Positions 47,661 through 56,633 of a stretch of 64,000 bases of DNA are shown one piece after another. The DNA is from an uncultured virus (IMG/VR IMGVR_UViG_3300028746_000001) (Duplodnaviria; Heunggongvirae; Uroviricota; Caudoviricetes). The notes under the pieces were generated by a model that saw only the letters and a list, made by a program, of their open reading frames with translations, did no database searches and was not told the origin of the DNA. The stretch lies in the IMG/VR virus record IMGVR_UViG_3300028746_000001. One strand, given 5' to 3'. The translations under genes were made by a program, and so were the position numbers. The number at the start of each line of letters is the position of its first letter. Within the stretch, counting starts at the first letter, position 1.

Positions 47661-48553
47661 GCGGGCAACCTGTAGAGGTAGAGCGACGGGTCGCCTTCGA
47701 AGATCATGGCGCCGGAATCAAGCAGCGACTCAACGACGCCGTCGATTTGGTTCTGATGATCACGGTCGATCTCGCCCGCCATGAACATCGCGTCGCGCAC
47801 CGCGGCTTTGACGGCCGCCTGGTCAGCGCAATACGTCGGATGCGCCGCGCCATCGTCGTCCATCGCAATGAACAGGAACTGCGCTGGGGAATGCGATTCG
47901 ATTGCGTTCAGTGCTGACGCGCGCAATTCGTCAAGCGTCGCAACAATGGCGTCAGGCTCGCCTTCAGGGCTGTTACGGTCGGGGATTTCGCAGACGTTCG
48001 TCAGGAACGTTTCGAACCATTGCGGTAGGCCAGCGGTCGGCTTCTGCGACACGTGAACGGGCAGCGGAGAATGCTTCGGCTTGGCCGCTTGCTTCGCGCG
48101 GATCTTCTCCACCATCGTCCAGACGCGGGCGAGTTCCGTTTCGCCGTCCACGTGCATATCCAGATCGTTCGCGAGACAGAGCGCGGCCAGCGTAACCATT
48201 ACGCCGCCGACCTCCTGATGCTTCTCGCCGACCGGGCGGCCATAGACGTAATCGACAAGCTGATGCGCCTCGCTCGCGCTGCATCCGCACGCCTGAATGA
48301 GTTCGAGGGCTTCCTCAATGAAGCGGTGATTGCGCTCCTCGCGGTCGCCCGCGATCATTTCGCCGAAGCACGCCATCATCCACGGCTGGACGCGGTCCTG
48401 AAATGGCGATGGCAGACGCGCCAAGGACTCTGTGACCACGGAGCGACCATAATTCAGCAGCTTGAAGCGCTGGTCGCCGTCCGGGTGATAGGAAGACAGG
48501 AAAGCGCCTTGCCAAAGCTTGTCGAGGACGATTTCAGGGATTTCGATGCTCAT
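47657..48553 (-). CDS. Protein with MazG-like NTP pyrophosphatase domain
   Basis: RFIEEALEL...QEVGGVMVTL acidic motifs. Confidence 0.55.
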   Translation of the reverse strand: MSIEIPEIVLDKLWQGAFLSSYHPDGDQRFKLLNYGRSVVTESLARLPSPFQDRVQPWMMACFGEMIAGDREERNHRFIEEALELIQACGCSASEAHQLVDYVYGRPVGEKHQEVGGVMVTLAALCLANDLDMHVDGETELARVWTMVEKIRAKQAAKPKHSPLPVHVSQKPTAGLPQWFETFLTNVCEIPDRNSPEGEPDAIVATLDELRASALNAIESHSPAQFLFIAMDDDGAAHPTYCADQAAVKAAVRDAMFMAGEIDRDHQNQIDGVVESLLDSGAMIFEGDPSLYLYRLPA

Positions 48554-49671
48554 GACTTTGCTCCAATAACGGGCTGGCGGTCGAGCTTCTCGATTTCGGC
48601 GATCAGCAGCGCGGCGGCCTTCACAAGGTTGCGGCGCTTGTCCTTCGGCTTCCACCATGAGACGTTCCACGGCCACGTGATAGGCACGACAGAGAAAATC
48701 CAGTCTTTGCCTGCGGTGCGGGCATAGGAGATAGCGGCCATTGCGAGTTCTCCGGGTTCGAGCGCGTCATCGTTGTACGGAGTGAAGCCTTCGCGCGTGC
48801 ACTGCTCGGAGCGTTCGCGCAACACGTCGGACTGGGCTTGCGTCATCGCCAGTTGGTGCGAGTCGTGCAGAGCGTCGATTACCTTGGCCGTCTTCGGGTC
48901 GCAGTCGCAAGCGGGCCAATCGCATTCGGCTGGCGCGTTCCCGCCTGCAGTGCCTTGCCTGCGTGCTGCGCATTCAGACTTCGGCGGGTCAGCGCGTAAT
49001 GCGCATGCCTTGAAGCCTTCCCAGCGGGCGATGAATGTGTGCGCTTGCCACGCGCCATGCGCCGTTGCGGCATAGCCTTCGCCGACACGGATGCACTGAT
49101 TCGGAATAGGGTAAATGGCTTCGAATGCGTCGCGGCGGTCGGCATCCGGCCCGGCGTGCAGTTGAGCGGCCATGTTGCACGCGACCTTAGCGGCGCGGCG
49201 GGTATCATCGTTCTGCGTGCCGTTGCCCCAAAACTCATTCAGGCTCGTGACCCACCACGCATCCAGCGCTGCATGTTCCGGGTGGATCTTCAGGTCCTTG
49301 ATAGCCTCCAGAATCGGTTCAGCGCCGCCCGCGTCGTCCGGGTCGATACCAAGTGCCTCATCGATCGCGGAAAGGCACTGGACGGCGTCGTGGAACATGC
49401 GCGTCATGGCGTCGAGCGCGGCGTCTTGCTGCTTCGCGTACTTGACTGCGTAAAGTTGCAGGTCGAGCCTTTGCCACATTTCGCCCAGCTTCGGATGCGA
49501 GAAGATGGAAGTCGGCACGGCGGGCATTGATGTGCCATCGGCGACAAGGCCGGCCGCCAGGTCGCGTCCGAACGCCATGACGGCGTCAGCGTATGCCCAC
49601 GGGTGATCGTATGCGTGAGTCACGGGGAGCCCGTGCTTGAGCGCAAGGGCTTGGATGTCAGGGTCTTTCAC
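48550..49671 (-). CDS. Mosaic phage early protein
   Basis: C-terminal WPW...WWKP..RRNLVKAAAL..AEIE.LDR domain; GAGG RBS; operator-containing promoter. Confidence 0.7.
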   Translation of the reverse strand: MKDPDIQALALKHGLPVTHAYDHPWAYADAVMAFGRDLAAGLVADGTSMPAVPTSIFSHPKLGEMWQRLDLQLYAVKYAKQQDAALDAMTRMFHDAVQCLSAIDEALGIDPDDAGGAEPILEAIKDLKIHPEHAALDAWWVTSLNEFWGNGTQNDDTRRAAKVACNMAAQLHAGPDADRRDAFEAIYPIPNQCIRVGEGYAATAHGAWQAHTFIARWEGFKACALRADPPKSECAARRQGTAGGNAPAECDWPACDCDPKTAKVIDALHDSHQLAMTQAQSDVLRERSEQCTREGFTPYNDDALEPGELAMAAISYARTAGKDWIFSVVPITWPWNVSWWKPKDKRRNLVKAAALLIAEIEKLDRQPVIGAKS

Positions 49672-49712
49672 GTTTTCCTCGGTACATTAAGGGAATCTGC
49701 GGCAACGAAAGA

Positions 49713-49741
49713 ATAATATCTGCGCGGACCGCAGAACGCAA
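49713..49741 (-). promoter_or_regulatory. Sigma70 promoter whose spacer is exactly the 17-bp operator
   Basis: TTGCGT-TCTGCGGTCCGCGCAGA-TATTAT on the minus strand. Confidence 0.8.
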
Positions 49742-50043
49742 TTGAAATTTACAGAATTCAAGACGCAAAAAACCCCGCCGAAGCGGGGTGGTCATGGGGA
49801 GAGGTTATGCGCGAGGTTGTTTGCAATCCGTGAAGCATTCCCGGTGAGCCGGTCCGCCCCGCTCGCCGTAGTCCTGGTCCTCGCAACGGCGGCAGACATA
49901 GACCGTTTGCGAGCATCCGCACCGATCTTTCGGGCACTGGCGGCCGCCTGCGGATTGCCAGTCATGCCCGACGATCGCGCAGCTAACCGACTCGTCGCCA
50001 GCCAGCACGCGCGCTTGTTCAGTGAGGCGAACGAGGCTGAGCA

Positions 50044-50652
50044 TTAGGCGTCGATGCTGTTGACTGGCGCGTTCTCGAGGATGGTTCCCCGCAATGCCCG
50101 GCGCGCTGCGCGGTCCCGCTCTTTCCGCTCTTTCTCGGCGGCGTACGCGCAACGGACGAAGAGAGAATAGCAATCGTCCTCGCCCATATAGATTTCGAGG
50201 AGGACCCAGCCGTTGCCTACGGGATAGATCGGGCTCCAATCAAGGCAGTGGTCGAGAGCTTCCTCGTGATAGCGCGTGGCGAATGCGTCGTTCTCGTTTT
50301 CCATCGAGCCGATATGGACTTCGAGACCGAAGGCTTGAAGGAACGACGCGATGTTCGTTCCTTCGTCGCAAACCGGGATCGCATCATGAGAGAGCCAGCC
50401 ATTCTCGTCGCGCATGGCCGTGCGAGGGGCCAGCAGGCGTTCGCGCAGGCCCTCCAGGACGATAGGGCTGTCCTCGTCTGGTGGAATCCACTGCAGGGCC
50501 ATGCGAGCCATGCGCGGCTCAAGCACGGACTCAGGGAACTTCTGCGAAAGCTGGATGAATCCCATGAGGAGGGCCGTGCGGATCGCGCCCGCGTTCTCTG
50601 CGGTGGCCTCTGGCGCGTATCCGATGGCGATGTTAAGGGTTTCTTTTTCCAT
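50044..50652 (-). CDS. Hypothetical protein
   Basis: 202 aa; RDENGW..H and W.P..P.G.GWVLL motifs. Confidence 0.65.
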   Translation of the reverse strand: MEKETLNIAIGYAPEATAENAGAIRTALLMGFIQLSQKFPESVLEPRMARMALQWIPPDEDSPIVLEGLRERLLAPRTAMRDENGWLSHDAIPVCDEGTNIASFLQAFGLEVHIGSMENENDAFATRYHEEALDHCLDWSPIYPVGNGWVLLEIYMGEDDCYSLFVRCAYAAEKERKERDRAARRALRGTILENAPVNSIDA

Positions 50653-50678
50653 CGTTTTCTCTTGTTAAATAAGGCGAA

Positions 50679-50999
50679 TTACAGGCCGTTTGCTGCGTTG
50701 TATGCGCGAACACGGGAGGCGTTTTCTTCGATGATCTGGCCGCGAAGCGCCTTGACCGCGTCGTGCTCGCCGATGCCGCACTGCTGCGCCAGGTATTCAA
50801 CTGCGATCGCCATGCCTTCCATCTGAATGAGTTCGACGGCCGCCCGCTGCTCTGCCGGCGCTTCGGTCGAGAGACCCTGTCCGAGGATCGCCAGAAGCTG
50901 CTGGAGCGCGGTGGTCGTCACCGTCTCGTTGTGCCTCTTCTCTTCGATGACGGCGCGCGAGCCGGGCGTTGCTGCGGAAAGGTCGATAACGTTGCTCAT
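50679..50999 (-). CDS. Hypothetical protein
   Basis: AAGGA RBS before MSNVIDL. Confidence 0.6.
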   Translation of the reverse strand: MSNVIDLSAATPGSRAVIEEKRHNETVTTTALQQLLAILGQGLSTEAPAEQRAAVELIQMEGMAIAVEYLAQQCGIGEHDAVKALRGQIIEENASRVRAYNAANGL

Positions 51000-51025
51000 G
51001 AAAAATCCTTTATGGATAAGGGGTT

Positions 51026-51286
51026 CTACTGCTTGATTGGATTGCGAAGCTTTTTGTTGTACTGCTCGTGAGTCAGAAAACAGACTGGCCTCAGTGTCTC
51101 GGACGTGAAGAGGAGCCGGTAATGCGGTCCAACGGGGACCGATATCGCGCTGCCTTCCATGGATTTCATGATCTGGCCGCCGAGCTTCAGCGGGTGAGTG
51201 CCGGTCGCGACCGCGTCGATAATCGCTTTGGCCCTGTGACGTATTCCGGTGATTGGACACTTCGTAAGATCGAGGCGGTCGGCCAT
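51026..51286 (-). CDS. ParE/RelE-like small protein (putative)
   Basis: S.PVG.HYRLL...THEQYN motif. Confidence 0.45.
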   Translation of the reverse strand: MADRLDLTKCPITGIRHRAKAIIDAVATGTHPLKLGGQIMKSMEGSAISVPVGPHYRLLFTSETLRPVCFLTHEQYNKKLRNPIKQ

Positions 51287-51289
51287 GGC

Positions 51290-51997
51290 TTATTCGCCCT
51301 GTTCGTACGTGATCGCGGGAGGCACTTCTTTCGCAAGCGCTTGGAGCCCGGCATTGCGAATCAGGCCCGAACCGTAGGCGTTGATCTCCAGTTTCGCTTT
51401 AGATACCGTGGTTTCCATGTGCTCTTGGAACAGCTTCGCGACGAACGGCAGGCCAGAAGTCAGTGCAGCCTCAGACGAGCGCACCTTGCCGCGCAGCAGC
51501 GCTTTCTGCTTCTCGGAGATTTTCAGTTCGTTGATCGTCGCGGTGAGGTCAGCCAGCGCTTCCAGCGACTCGCGCATGTCGTCCGCTGCTTCCTTCGCGA
51601 ACTGCTGCGAACGGCGAGCGGGCCGGGGCAGCCCGGGACGAAACTCATGTTCAACATGGCGAATCGTGCATTGCGAGCCGAAGCCAATGTTCATCGCGCT
51701 CACGAATTCCGCCCATTGCGATTCAGACAAATCGACTTCGACCAGTTCCTTGCCGCCATGGGGCCAGTCGGTCGATAGGTTGCGACGCATGTCCGACTCG
51801 CGGATGGTGATTCGAACGAACGCGTTGTGCTGAAAGTCCGAGCCGTACAGGAAGGTTCCGCCGCTCACGCGTGACGCGCCGATCTGCCCGAAGCACGGAT
51901 GCGTTACCCGCGATTCATCTTTGCTCGTCTGCGTTACGACGGGTTCTTCGGTGCGCGCCCACGGTGCCGAGTTCGCTTGCTTCAGTTCATTTGTCAT
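51290..51997 (-). CDS. Hypothetical protein
   Basis: 235 aa; HP.FG.I..SRVSG...LYGSD; SESQWAEFVS. Confidence 0.7.
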   Translation of the reverse strand: MTNELKQANSAPWARTEEPVVTQTSKDESRVTHPCFGQIGASRVSGGTFLYGSDFQHNAFVRITIRESDMRRNLSTDWPHGGKELVEVDLSESQWAEFVSAMNIGFGSQCTIRHVEHEFRPGLPRPARRSQQFAKEAADDMRESLEALADLTATINELKISEKQKALLRGKVRSSEAALTSGLPFVAKLFQEHMETTVSKAKLEINAYGSGLIRNAGLQALAKEVPPAITYEQGE

Positions 51998-52049
51998 TGG
52001 AAAAAGCCTTGTTAAATATGGGGAAGTGCCCCGCGAACGGGGCGGGCGA

Positions 52050-54566
52050 TCACGCTTCTGTGAGGAGTGCCTTGAGCTGATTGAAGCGAGCGAGACGCTT
52101 CTCGCTGTCTTCGATTTGCTGCTCGAACACCAACGCTGCGCTTTCGATTTCGTCGGCGAGCCGGATGAGCGATTGACCCTTCAGGCGAAGCGCTGTGGCA
52201 ATCCCGCCAAAGGAGTCGGCGGGCGTGCTGGGTTCGAGTTCGAGCGCCGCGACAACCGCGTCACGATCGACGGGCACTGTTGCGTGAATGTCGCCGATCC
52301 CCGACGGCTTCTCTTCCACCAGGGCATCGGAGTTCAGCTTGGGCACGGCGAGCGGAACTGAAGCCCGCGGGACGATGCGCTGGAACAGGCCGCGCTCAAC
52401 CTCTTTGACAAGCCCGGCTTCCTTCAGGCTGTTGAGGCAGCCTTCGAGCGCCTTCATATCCGGGCGCGTGCTGCTCGTGCGGGACATGGAGGTCAAAATC
52501 TTGCTCGCGGTCCACGCCTCTTGCTGCGGCACGAACTCGAAAATCTTCTTGCAGATCGTGCTCATGCCTTCGAGCGCGAGTTTATGTTTCGTGGGCGTCA
52601 TTTCGCTGCTCATTCCTTCTTTAAGGCCGTCATAAAGCCCGCGCATGTAGACGCTGGCGTGTGATTTACTGCTTGGCATGGATGCAATCCGTACAGCCCG
52701 GGTCGGTAAAATTCTTTTCGTACCGACATTCGAGGGAGTTGACGAAAGGGATGAGGACCATGCGCGGCAGGCGGGTAGGCTGGCCCATGTAATTCATATG
52801 GAACCAGCCGTCCTGTACGAGCAACGGATCTCCTATGCGCGGCAAGTTGTGGCAACCGTTCAACTTCACGGTTCTATTCCTGCGGCTGTGAGGGCGGCCA
52901 GCGCATCAACGCGGACATCCAAACTGACCGTCGCGTCCTGCGCGACAGAGCGGAGAACGGCGATCATGTCGGGAATCGCCGCGTACGCTTTGGACTGCGC
53001 CTCTGCGTCGATGACTTTCGTGGTCGGGATGCGCGCAACGACAACCGGGCCTTCCGGCCCTTCAGCCGTGATCGCGATATCGGCACGGAAACGTCCTGCG
53101 ACCTTGTAGGGGCCGGGATACAAGCCGTGGAACTGCTCTCTTCTGCGTCCGTTCATGGTTACCATCCTTTTTGTGTGTACGTGACGGGCTCAGAGCCTTC
53201 GTCAGTTTCAGCACACGGCTCACGCCACCAATCCGCGTCTTCGCCTTCCGGAACATCGGAAAAGCGCATGAAGCCGTGTTGGAAGGGCGGGTAGTCGTCA
53301 TAGCCTTCGACGCGCGCCGCTGCTTCTGCTTGGGAGAGTTCGACGTGACCCTCAACGACGAGGGTCAGGACGTTCTCGCTGGAGAGAAGATCGACGCGCA
53401 TCACGCCAGCGCACTGAGCCTCTGGCCGCGCTTCGCGCGCTCGGGTGCCAACTCGCCCGTTGCGGTGTAGCTCGGGCTCGGGTGAGGCGCTTGAATGGAC
53501 GTGCGCTCCGGGCGCGATTCAGCAGCAGCGCCTTTCAGTTCGGATTCCAGTCGGACAATGCGTGCTTTGAGCATCGCGACGTTCGCCGAGTAGTAGTCGA
53601 GATTGCATTCGGCTTCGAGCAGCGTCAGCTTTGCGTGCGTGAGGCGCTTTTTGCTTTCCCGCTCGGGGCAAGCGTCGCGGAACAGATCGAAAAACTTCGA
53701 AATTGCGGACATTGTGCTTCTCCTACAGGGTTGGAAGGGAAAAATCTACTTCTGGCGCAGATTCTTAGGCGACAAAATACGCCGGGTGGTCGAGTTCGCG
53801 ATTCAACTCATCGCAGCGCTCGCGAACTTGGACCGGATCGCTCCAGTTTTCAGCGAAGCGCGGGTTAGTCGTGCAGCGAATCGTCAGGGTGGGCGACTCA
53901 ATGCGAGCGTTTAGTTCGGCCCAGCCGCGAGCGTCCACGGTGCAATGACGCATCGCAGCCTTCGCCGCCATCAGTGCTGCGGTCCGCGTGCAGCCAGTCG
54001 CAGCCTGCAATTCGTTCGCGAGACGCGCTTCGCTGTTGATGAACGCGTTCTCTGCCGATGCCATCGCCGTCTGGCGCTTTTTGTTGATCGCTGCGAAGTT
54101 GAGAGTCATGCCGTGCCTCAATGCGTCAGGTGGGCCACGCCAACGAACAGCGCGCCGTAGAGGAAGGAACCGAGCACCGAGCCCGTGAAGCCGATGTAAA
54201 ACGCGTTCAGGAGGGCTTGTTTCATGCCGAGACTCCCGCTTTCGGTGTCCAGTAGCAGACGGTCAAGCCGAAAATCTTTCCGAGCGTCGCGTTCACGTGC
54301 TTGTCGGCGTTCGGTGCCGCGCTCCAGTGGCCGGGCGCAACGGTGAAATGCACTTGATTCGTTTCCACGCGCTGCAGTGTCTCGGTAATCATCGAATCAA
54401 CGAGATTGGAGAGAGCCACGCGATAGATGGCGTACTTCGCTGCAGGACGGCCAGCACGTTCAAGCGCCTTCTCTGGCGAGCACTTGAAATGTCTGCCGAG
54501 CTTGATAGCGGCCTGACGGTGAATGCTGGAGGACACGGCTGCTACGGTTGCGACGGGCTTATTCAT
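52050..54566 (-). CDS. Run of small early genes (52050-52679, 52666-52869, 52866-53165, 53159-53404, 53401-53712, 53765-54110, 54222-54566)
   Basis: Coupled minus-strand ORFs downstream of a TTGACG-17-CAGAAT promoter (54604-54632). Confidence 0.55.
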
Positions 54567-55004
54567 GGGGAGTCTCCGTTCAGTGGTGTGGTGCGATGTA
54601 GTGATTCTGCCTAAGACGCATATGCTCGTCAAGCAGAAAGTTACATAAATCAACGAACTCTGTTGCACACGCCCTGAGTGCCCCGCGTCACAAGGTAGAG
54701 CGCTGCGCCCACACATATGGCGGACAGGCCCAAGAACGCTACAAATACGACGATTGCGGTGTGGTTCATTGCGATGACTGGGTAGCTGCTGTGAGGAGGC
54801 ATTCTGCAGTTGAGGATAGGGCCAGTCAATCAGAATCTGCGCTTGACGAAGAAAACCGTTGTCGTTAGCATTCACACACTTTCTGCCGCTCGATAAGGGA
54901 AAGTTGTCGGGCAGAGCCCGTTCTCGTTTACGTCTGTTGTCGCCCGTTGCCGTTGTCGTGACCCGAAACTGGTTACCGACAATGCAATTGACAACGGCGG
55001 AAGC

Positions 55005-55637
55005 ATGGCGGGAAACCCGGTAAATAAGGAACAGTGGGTATTGGTGCGCACTCTTTGGGAGAGTGACCCAGTCATCACGTTCGCTGAAATAGCCGAGCAG
55101 CTAGGCGTGACAAGGCAGTGCGTGCGTCAACGCTCCGTTAAGGACAAGTGGCAGAAGCGCTTGGACATGGGAGTGATTGAGGCTAAAGCCCATGCAGCAG
55201 CGGATTCAAAAGTTACAGAAATTCCCCGTGAGGGCGAGAGCCAGGCATTACCGGTTTACATGACCCCGGAAAAGCTCACCGAACGGCCGGCGCATGACAG
55301 GGAGTTGCCGATCATCCCGCCCGGATCGTCGCCTGAGCAGGCTGGGCAGATTGCAGAGGACGCGGCAGTCGCCAAACGGGCGAAGGTGATTGAGCGGCAG
55401 AGGATTGAGTGGGACCACGTCCGGAAGCTGGTGTATGACGCCATCCGGGCAGCAGGAAAGAAGAACGCGGTGGAAACTGCGCGCTACGCAAAGACGGTCT
55501 CAGAGGCAATGAAGATCGTGCAGGAAGGCGAGCGGCGGGCGTGGGGGATGGAAACGGAAGGCGGCAACGGGGGCGGTAAGACTCCCCCGGCTGCCACGAT
55601 CATTGTGCATCAGCAGCAAGGGGTAAAGATTGGCTGA
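55005..55637 (+). CDS. Terminase small subunit (putative)
   Basis: N-terminal HTH (W...R..WE....IAEQLGVT......R..K..W), helical body, QEGERRAWG; late-promoter motif upstream. Confidence 0.6.
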   Translation: MAGNPVNKEQWVLVRTLWESDPVITFAEIAEQLGVTRQCVRQRSVKDKWQKRLDMGVIEAKAHAAADSKVTEIPREGESQALPVYMTPEKLTERPAHDRELPIIPPGSSPEQAGQIAEDAAVAKRAKVIERQRIEWDHVRKLVYDAIRAAGKKNAVETARYAKTVSEAMKIVQEGERRAWGMETEGGNGGGKTPPAATIIVHQQQGVKIG

Positions 55638-55641
55638 TAAA

Positions 55642-56211
55642 TCAAACGAGAGCGCGCAAGACGGTCTGGCGCGTGGTGCCGAGGTCCCGGGCAATCTCGC
55701 TCACAGTGACGCCTTGGTCGCGGCGCTGGCGAGCGATCCCTTTCTGTTCGTCGGTGAGGGCAGGCTTACGTCCGAGCGTCTTTCCCTCTGCCTTCGCGCG
55801 AGCGAGCCCTGCCTGAGTCCTTTCAATAATCAGGTCCCGTTCAAATTCAGCGACCGCCGTGATGACGCCCATGGTCATCTTTCCGGCTGGGCTAGTGAGG
55901 TCAATGCCGCCGAGGGCGAGGCAGTGGACCCTGACGCCCGTTTCAGCGAGCTTTTCAACGGTCTGTCGCACGTCCATGGCGTTACGGCCAAGCCGGTCGA
56001 GCTTCGTGACTATGAGAACGTCACCTTGCTCAAGACGGTCCAGAAGCTTCCTGAATCCAGCGCGCTCACTAGCGGGGACGCTGCCGCTGACGCACTCGCT
56101 GACGACGCGATGGCTCTCTACTTGGAAGCCAGCGCCGCTTACTTCCAGCACTTGGTTCTCGGTTGTCTGGTCGGCGGTACTGACGCGGGCATACACAAAA
56201 GTTCGGCTCAT
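55642..56211 (-). CDS. Serine resolvase/invertase
   Basis: [30 protein letters not shown]-terminal HTH. Confidence 0.95.
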   Translation of the reverse strand: MSRTFVYARVSTADQTTENQVLEVSGAGFQVESHRVVSECVSGSVPASERAGFRKLLDRLEQGDVLIVTKLDRLGRNAMDVRQTVEKLAETGVRVHCLALGGIDLTSPAGKMTMGVITAVAEFERDLIIERTQAGLARAKAEGKTLGRKPALTDEQKGIARQRRDQGVTVSEIARDLGTTRQTVLRALV

Positions 56212-56387
56212 TTTTTTGCTCCTGGGGTGTCCGTTGAGGATGTCCGTATTCTGCCTCATGTACAGAATCTGTCAAGGCTAATTTTCGGACACGCAGTATT
56301 GGCATGGACGAAATCGAGCGATTGCGTACGGCTGCTTTTTTGCGCCTAGCGATCTGCGCTTAAAGCAGAACGCAATGAGGTAACGGC

Positions 56388-56633
56388 ATGGACTTGTTTG
56401 GTAAGCCCGGCACTTCCCCGGAAGTGGCGGCAAGAGAAGCGAAGTGGGATTCGCACCGTGAGGAGTGCTTAGCGCGGTTTAACAAGGCTGTGGCGGCCAG
56501 TAAGGGCCGGGACCATCGCCTGAGCGAAGCAATCATCGAAAGCGTGCGCGCGAAGCATGGCGACAGGGCCGCAGAGATTGCTTCATCCGAATTGAAGAAA
56601 GCAATCAGGCACGAAGGAAAGACGAAGAAATGA
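56388..56633 (+). CDS. Hypothetical protein
   Basis: GAGGT RBS; operator at 56353-56369. Confidence 0.65.
   Translation: MDLFGKPGTSPEVAAREAKWDSHREECLARFNKAVAASKGRDHRLSEAIIESVRAKHGDRAAEIASSELKKAIRHEGKTKK

Noticed and set aside
55630..56349. 239-aa plus-strand ORF as terL or a real gene
   Set aside because: Antisense shadow of the resolvase; no ATPase or nuclease motifs
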